Source: Eledone cirrhosa (taxonomy: Eukaryota). From it: a stretch of DNA of 64,000 bases. Positions 56,345 through 64,000 of the stretch are shown in pieces (the stretch's first letter is position 1; the number at the start of each line of letters is the position of its first letter). Both the position numbers and the translations under genes were made by a program. The stretch lies in the NCBI GenBank assembly GCA_964016885.1, contig OZ024742.1, positions 343,976,001 to 344,040,000 on the forward strand, read 5' to 3'. The notes beneath the pieces were generated by a model, which saw only the letters and a list, made by a program, of their open reading frames with translations, was not told the origin of the DNA and ran no database searches.

Positions 56345-56715
56345 TAACAAGAGGCAAAAGCAAACCGTCCTGATATAACAAACAAGGAGTGTAAAAAATA
56401 CACATACCCAGAAATTGCCATGGCAATTCCTTCTGACCAACATATTATTCGAAATAAAGTGGATAAAAATGTTCAAATTCAAAGGAAGTCTTGAAATTGA
56501 AACATATAAGATATTTGGTATAAAGGTAAAAGCAGAGTTAATGATAATTTAGAGCAGTAGGTGTAATAAATGAAATATAACACAAAAAAGCCACACAAGA
56601 GCTCATACATTGACCACTATATGTTGTCCAAAAAATTAGCTCTGCCAAGAACAGCCTGTATCCTACACAACATATTATCAATTCAGTGTATGGCATACTT
56701 GTTCCCCCAATTCCT
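56345..56715 (+). pseudogene. Degenerate R4-type restriction-like endonuclease 3' fragment
   Basis: KANRPDI..MAIPSD..; KLALPRTACILHNILSI resembles the R4 C-terminus. Confidence 0.55.
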
Positions 56716-57052
56716 GGTACTGGCACTTTATTTTATCGACTCCGTAAGGACGAAAAGCAAAGTTAACCTCGGTGGGATTTGAACTCAGACCGTAAAGCGG
56801 CGTTACTCTATGCCGCAAGGCATGTTGTCCGACGCTCTACTGATACTGCCAAATCATCGCCCTAATAATAATTGTTTCTACTATTGGCACAAGGCCAGCA
56901 ATTACCCAGTGCATTACTGGTACTTTATTTTATCGACCCCGTAAGGATGAAAGGCAAAGGTAACCTCGGCGGGATTTGAACTCAGAATGGCAAGGACCAT
57001 AACTCTATGCGTTAAAGCATGGCGTCCGACCCTCTACCGATACTGCCAAATA
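56715..57052 (-). mobile_element. Two adjacent tRNA-derived SINEs
   Basis: Two copies of ttatcgac.ccgtaagga.gaaa.gcaaag.taacctcgg.gggatttgaactcaga. Confidence 0.8.
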
Positions 57053-57340
57053 ATAATGATTTCTGATTTAGGTACAAGGCCAAAAATTTAGTACATCCAG
57101 TGGCAAGGCTCCAGTTCGGGAGTTCATGTGCTGTGGGGAATGTGGAGTTACCCCTTAGTTGTCATAACTCCCAGGTCTGCTCAGGCCCGGAGCAGTAGTA
57201 CCTGTTAGGGCTCCATTTATGGGTTAAATAATTACCTTATTCGAGTGGCGCCGGTAAGGTATAATCAGCCATTGAAAATAACATCCGGGAATTTTACCCG
57301 CCCTAGATAGATACATACGTATATACATACATACATACAT

Positions 57341-59212
57341 TAAACCCCTTCTCCTTTCTGCTCAAGAAATGTGAAGGATACATCATTGACTCACAGGAGG
57401 ACAGAAATACGAACCTAACCCATAATTTTTTTGTGGATGAGCTGAAACTCTATGCTAAGAACATGGATGAGATGAAGAAAAATCTTGACCTGGTTACAAA
57501 TTCTCAAAGGTAATAGGAATGGAGTTTGGTCAAGATAAATGCTCTTATATGACTGTAAAGTGGCGAAAAACAACAACCCAATCAGTGGCCTAACTGTTTC
57601 ACAGTATCTGATGAGGACTGCTACAGATACCTGGGGATAGATGAGAACATATCCTATAATGGTAACTGTAATAAGGAACGCATAACCAAGGAATACTACA
57701 CCCGATTAAGAAAGATTTGGTCATCGGAACTCTCTGCGCAAAACAAAACAGTGGCTCACAATGTGTTTGCTGTGTCTGTCCTAACACCAACGTTTGGAAT
57801 ACTCAGTTGGACGATAGATGAAATCCGAGCAGTTGATGTTAGAACTCGAAAAATACTAAACAACACCGGAAACTTCCACATCAACAGTGACATAGACCAC
57901 CTTTGCTTGAAAGGTAAGCAGGGAGGCAGAGGCCTAACATCAGTCCAGACAGCATTTGAATGTCGCATCATATCCCTCCGACTACATCTACGAACCTCGA
58001 AGCATAGGAGCCCGTCTCTCGAACAAGTCTATCTGCATGAAACAGATAAGATCATGAGAGTTGGGAAGGAACTCCTCGAGAGATATTCCCTGTGTGATAA
58101 TCAAAAACTCACACTCAGGGAAGTCGCTCAGCAGTATCGCAGTGAATCCACGGATGAAAAACTACATGCTTATCAGCAAAAAATCATGCATGGATACGTT
58201 GCCAGGAAGCTCCAAAGTGAGAGTAATATAGATAAGGAAAGTAGTCTATCTTGGACGAACAACCGCTATATTGGCTCTCACTTTGAAGGATATGCTTTTG
58301 CAATCCAAGAACAGGAAATCAACACGAAATACCTGATTCACAAAAGAGATACGGATGCAGGCAAATCACCTAGATGTGATAACACGTGCAGACTCTGCAG
58401 AATTAACATCGAAGATGTCACCCATGTCATCAGCAGCTGCCCAAAGATGTCATCGCGGTACTATCTACCTGCGGGGCATGATGTAGCGGACAAAACACTG
58501 CACAATGCAATCCGTAGAAACGATAGCCCCGATAATAAATACATTAAAAGCTACAGGAATGTGGAAGACATCCATATACATAATATGAAAGAGTACTGTG
58601 GAATGTTCCAGTAAAAACCCCAATAAAATGCAGGCATAACAGACCAGATATTATGATTTGGGACAGGCAAAAGAAAGCATGCACAGTAGTGGAAGTTAGC
58701 TGGTCAGCAGATGCCAATATAATATCAAAGATTGGCGAAAAGGAGAATATTTATGCAGAACTGATGAGAAATCTGCAGATACTCCACCCTGACTATACCT
58801 TCAGATTTATGTCTGTGATTATTGTGGCACTGGGGTATGTTAGTAACTGCCTCAATACAAATCTTGAGAAGCTGGGCTTCACAGAAAGAGAAAGAACACA
58901 ACTAGTTAGGAAATTACAAGTACAATCCATTAATGTACATTAAAAATATGTAAAACATTAAAAAAACTTTGCATCTAATAAGTGCATATACACATGTACA
59001 GATACAAAGCATATACACATGCACACATACAACTCAAAACATACACATGCACACATATAATAACATCCATATCTACACATGCATGCATGCAGTCATGCAT
59101 ACATATCTACCTAGTTGATGTGTAAATTCCAATGAGAGAGTCTTGTGTCTATGTTAGAAACCGACTCTGTCTCTATTGGGAAAAAAATTGTGAAATTATA
59201 AAACCAGAAGAA
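57341..59212 (+). mobile_element. 5'-truncated R4/Dong-clade non-LTR retrotransposon (RT C-term, CCHC knuckle, RLE)
   Basis: FVDELKLYAK, YRYLGIDE, GGRGL, AIQEQEINT, CRLC..EDVTHVISSC, HNRPDIMIWD..VVEV; (CATA)n on both sides. Confidence 0.88.
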
Positions 59213-60286
59213 CATACATACATACATGGTAGCTGCCAACTCGTTTTCGAGTACGGCCACTACTTTATATCCATGTAGGAGAACCCCTACCGATGCGCTG
59301 AACGAGTGTGACATTTTAGTCCAGCCAGCGACTTGAAAACTCTGGTACAAACACTACTCTTGTGACAATTATTGACACATAGTGCTGGGCCCATGGTACC
59401 ATGTGATGACAAGTGCAGAGAGATCTCCAGATATAAAGCAATGCCTGTGCCGTGAAGCTTTTATAGTGAGCAAAGGCACTGCACAAAGCCAGTCCCACTC
59501 TCTTAACCAAGATGATATTTACCAAAAAGAAGAACAAGTCAACATCATTGGATACCATCAGGTCACCAGTTGGTGCTACTGGTAACATGTATCCCAGTAC
59601 AACCTGTCTCATGGTCGGGTCGTTGGCGACTAAACTGGCAACCCCACCAACGTTTCTTGGTGAGGAGGGTGACTTTGGACATCCTGCAGGACTAAAAACA
59701 GAACCTGTCAAATGGCAAAGGAGCTCTTATGAGTCAATGGCCATCCAAAATCACCGGGAGAGATGACCCTTAGCCTTTGTCAAGGCAGAATTCTAGGAGA
59801 AGGAATACATACATACACACATTCATACATACATACATACATACATACATACATAAATATATACATACATACATACATATATACATACATACATAAATAT
59901 ATACATACATACACAAATATATACATACTTTCACAAATACATAACATACATACATATATTACATACTTACAGACACACATACATGCATGCATACATTGCA
60001 TACCTACATACGCACATACATACATTAAACACACACATAGAAACATACTTCTATTAACTATAACTAAATACATTGACGAAACTCTTTTATTTAGGAGTTA
60101 AAAAAGAACAAGAAGAAAATAGAAGCAGACGATAACAAACCTTCCATTGGTTATCTGTGTCGTTTATATCCAAGTAGGTTCTGTAGACATCAAATAAAAT
60201 GATTAAACTGTTGATTCCTGGCAGACTAAAGAAAATGATTCGTTAGCATTATTGCGTTTTTCCATTTGATGTATATATATAAGTGA

Positions 60287-60341
<55 letters not shown>

Positions 60342-60345
<4 letters not shown>

Positions 60346-60516
60346 ATATAGATGAGATTCTACAGGACTAGAACTGTTTCATTCATTAGAAATCATCATC
60401 ATGAATGAAACAGTTCTAGTCCTGTAGAATCTCATCTATATTAAAACTGTTATACTCTGCTATGTATTGAGTACCTTACTTACTGTGGTTACCTCCGATT
60501 CAACCCGGAATAACGT
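60342..60516 (+). mobile_element. Fold-back PLE terminus turning inside the HHR core
   Basis: Palindrome 60342-60445; same family as 19570-19707; (TA)n on both sides. Confidence 0.8.
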
Positions 60517-60937
60517 ATATATATATATATATATATATATGTTTAAAGATCATTGTAGTTAATTATTATATTGAAATGATAAGTACACGCATACTTTGAA
60601 AGATACGTATATATATATATATATATATATATGCATATATATGTATATATAATTAAGACATGATTACATTACGTAATCATATGTATGTATATATGTACAT
60701 ATATACATGCATATATATGTAAAAGTATATATATATATATATATATATATATACTTTTACATATATATGCATGTGGGGTGATGTGTGTATACACCACAAA
60801 GTATTCCTATATATATATATAACTATATACACATGCACGCCACCTCAACCATGTACAATATATATACTTTTATACAATATTTTTCGTATTTAAACACCAG
60901 CTCACTCATGTGAGCATATACATATATATATATGTAT

Positions 60938-61048
60938 ATATAGAGTGTCAGTGTAAGAAAGGGAGAGAATGGTAGTATGATATTGATATAGTAAATATAA
61001 TATCATGAAATACATATCCTGGAGCAATATAATCTGAAGTAGTATGCT

Positions 61049-61131
<83 letters not shown>

Positions 61132-61262
61132 ATATATATATATACGCACACACATGCATACCTATCATCTTGGTATATATACACACACATATATATATAC
61201 TGTATATATATACCAAGATGATAGGTATGCATGTGTGTGCGTATATATATATATATATATAT

Positions 61263-61311
<49 letters not shown>

Positions 61312-61420
61312 AGCATATTACTTCAGATTATATTGCTCCAGGATATGTATTTCATGATATTATATTTACTATATCAATATCATACTACCATTCTCTCCCT
61401 TTCTTACACTGACACTCTAT
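60938..61420. repeat. ~480-bp palindrome whose arms include copied (TA)n tracts
   Basis: 60938-61050 / 61310-61420 and 61140-61178 / 61207-61245 are reverse complements. Confidence 0.88.
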
Positions 61421-62075
<655 letters not shown>

Positions 62076-62519
62076 CACAAATGTCACATTAACGTTACGG
62101 TATATGTATATATCTTCTTTTATTGGTATTTTGTGCAAAAGGCGTGAAAAAATGTAGAAAGAATGATACCTTACTAAGCAGATTCCTTTTGGTAACAGAA
62201 TTAAAGATAAGACAAGGGAAACCGGCATTTACAAATGTGATTGGTTCTTAATAGCATTAATGCAATATATATATTCTATCGATTCATTGATCGTTCCAAT
62301 ATCTCGGCGAGGAATTACCAGAGTGTTACGGCTTTGGAATTTCTTTGATAAAACTTCTGCGATAATAAAACTGTGTAATGTTGTCGGTAATGGTGTTATA
62401 TTCACTATTATAAGATTGTGGGTCTGATTCCTGGACAAGCCGGTTTTATTATTTGTGAAGCAGGGCGCTGTATTTCACTTTGTTTTTCATGATATGATTG
62501 CTTCCCATATCATCTTACT

Positions 62520-62662
62520 GAAGGCGCATGGCTTAGTGGATAGAGCATTGGGTTTGCAATCGAAATGTTGTGTGTTCAGTTCTCGGACCGGGTGATGTGT
62601 TGTTTCCTTGAGCAAGACACTTTATTTCACGTTGCTCCAGTTTACTCAGCTGTAGAAATGAG
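62520..62662 (+). mobile_element. tRNA-derived SINE, second family
   Basis: tggcttagtggatagagc A-box; ccttgagcaagacactttatttcacgttgctccag core. Confidence 0.75.
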
Positions 62663-63234
62663 ACGATAGGACTGGAGTCCCTATCATTAAATCACCCAAG
62701 ACACCTCCAACGAGATATACCTTGGAGGAGGCCAGCTAAACCTGCATAGATGTGAGCTGTCACACACACATTATAGTGAAACAAATGCAAAAGGCCTGTA
62801 ACTCCCGAGAGTCTGCTAGGGCACCCCATCCTCCTGATACAAGGCATGTCGTGGGTATTTTAAACCTAGTGAAGCTCATCCTTCCCCATATTGAAACACA
62901 ACCGCTTTCTTCTAGAGAGAGAGGGTGGAGAATAATCGATTATAACAATGATCATGTGTTTTATTTATCGACTTCAAAAGTATGACAGGTAAATTTGAAC
63001 TCGGAACACAGTGAGCCGCAACAAAAGTTTCTTTAATCCGTGAGCCTGACGACTCTGTCAAGAGAAACACCCGAAGAACGTCCTTTAAGATATAACTGGA
63101 TCTTGGCTAAACATACATGTAAGCTCTTAACTTTCATTTACCCTACACCTGTTATACCACGTTAGCTATTGTGTGTTTTTCCTACATCTGATTATTATTT
63201 CTCCTTACAACAGAGTGTGAAACTCACCAACATA

Positions 63235-63854
63235 CGAGGGTCGGCCGAAAAATTCATAGGTTGAAATGTTTATAGGCTGACCAAGTTACTCTCATGGAAT
63301 GACCAAATGAGATATATTTTTCAACATTTTCCCTGGAAGGAAAGAATGCAGTTATTAGTAAGAAGAGTTGAAATTAATGCATGCAAGATTTAACAGCCTT
63401 AGCATCACTCCTTCATAGGCTGACCAAGATAATCTCATGGAATGACCAAATGAGGTATATGTTACAGTATAGTTATTTGAAAGAAGCAATGCATTTATTA
63501 ATAAGTGTTGAAATTAATACATGCAAGATTTCACAGCTTTAGCCTTCATAGGCTGACCAAGATAATTTCATGGATTGACCAAATGAGGTATATGTTACAG
63601 TATAGTTATTTGAAAGAAACAATTCATCTATTAATAAGTGTTGAAATTAATACATGCAAGATTTCACAGCTTTAGCCTTCATAGGCTGACCAAGATAATC
63701 TCATGGAATGACCAAATGAGGTATATGTTACAGTATAGTTATTTGAAAGAAACAATTCATTTATTAATAAGTGTTGAAATTAATGCATGCAAGATTTCAC
63801 AGCTTTGGCATCACTCCTTCATAGTCAGCCTATGACCTTTTCAGCTGACCCTCA
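63235..63854. mobile_element. Mariner-type MITE containing ~133-bp tandem repeats
   Basis: TIRs CGAGGGTCGGCCGAAAATTCATAGG / CCTATGACCTTTTCAGCTGACCCTCA, TA on both sides; repeat starts ~63272, 63415, 63548, 63681. Confidence 0.8.
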
Positions 63855-64000
63855 TATATCAAGTGATATTTAAGAATGTCTATGACCGCTCTTTTTAACC
63901 AATGTATGAGGAAGAGAGCTACTAACAAAATACTTTAAGTAATTTTCTGCAAGTTCTTGTGTCTTGTAGATATTACACACAATGTAAATACCAATGGAAA

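Overview
AT-rich, microsatellite-saturated eukaryotic DNA. The SINE families and repeat load suggest an octopus/coleoid cephalopod; this is inference. I could not support any host gene, and most long ORFs in the track are translations of (TA)n/(CA)n/(AAT)n/(AAG)n repeats. The window is a nest of retroelements. (1) Penelope-like elements (PLEs; RT + GIY-YIG) of two clades: Neptune-type (YLDD, CxxxxCxxC linker) and Naiad-type (YRDD, CNCR..CPL..CL), several with 5'-inverted architecture. (2) R4/Dong-type restriction-like-endonuclease LINEs sitting in (AAT)n and (CATA)n arrays. (3) An RTE 3' end, a young non-coding Gypsy-type LTR element, a tandem Helitron, a mariner-type MITE growing a satellite, and tRNA-derived SINEs. 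Most striking, read by eye, are roughly 28 type-I hammerhead ribozyme (HHR) motifs from more than a dozen sequence families. Many carry family-fixed non-canonical cores (UUGANAA, CAGAAGA, CCGAAGA, GCAA). They lie in short non-coding units whose 3' ends are fused to (TA)n tracts, and which repeatedly form fold-back palindromes turning at or next to the ribozyme. One ~1006-bp non-coding HHR-to-HHR tandem unit looks like an unusually large animal retrozyme. One Neptune element carries an unexpected coiled-coil ORF directly downstream of its pseudo-LTR.
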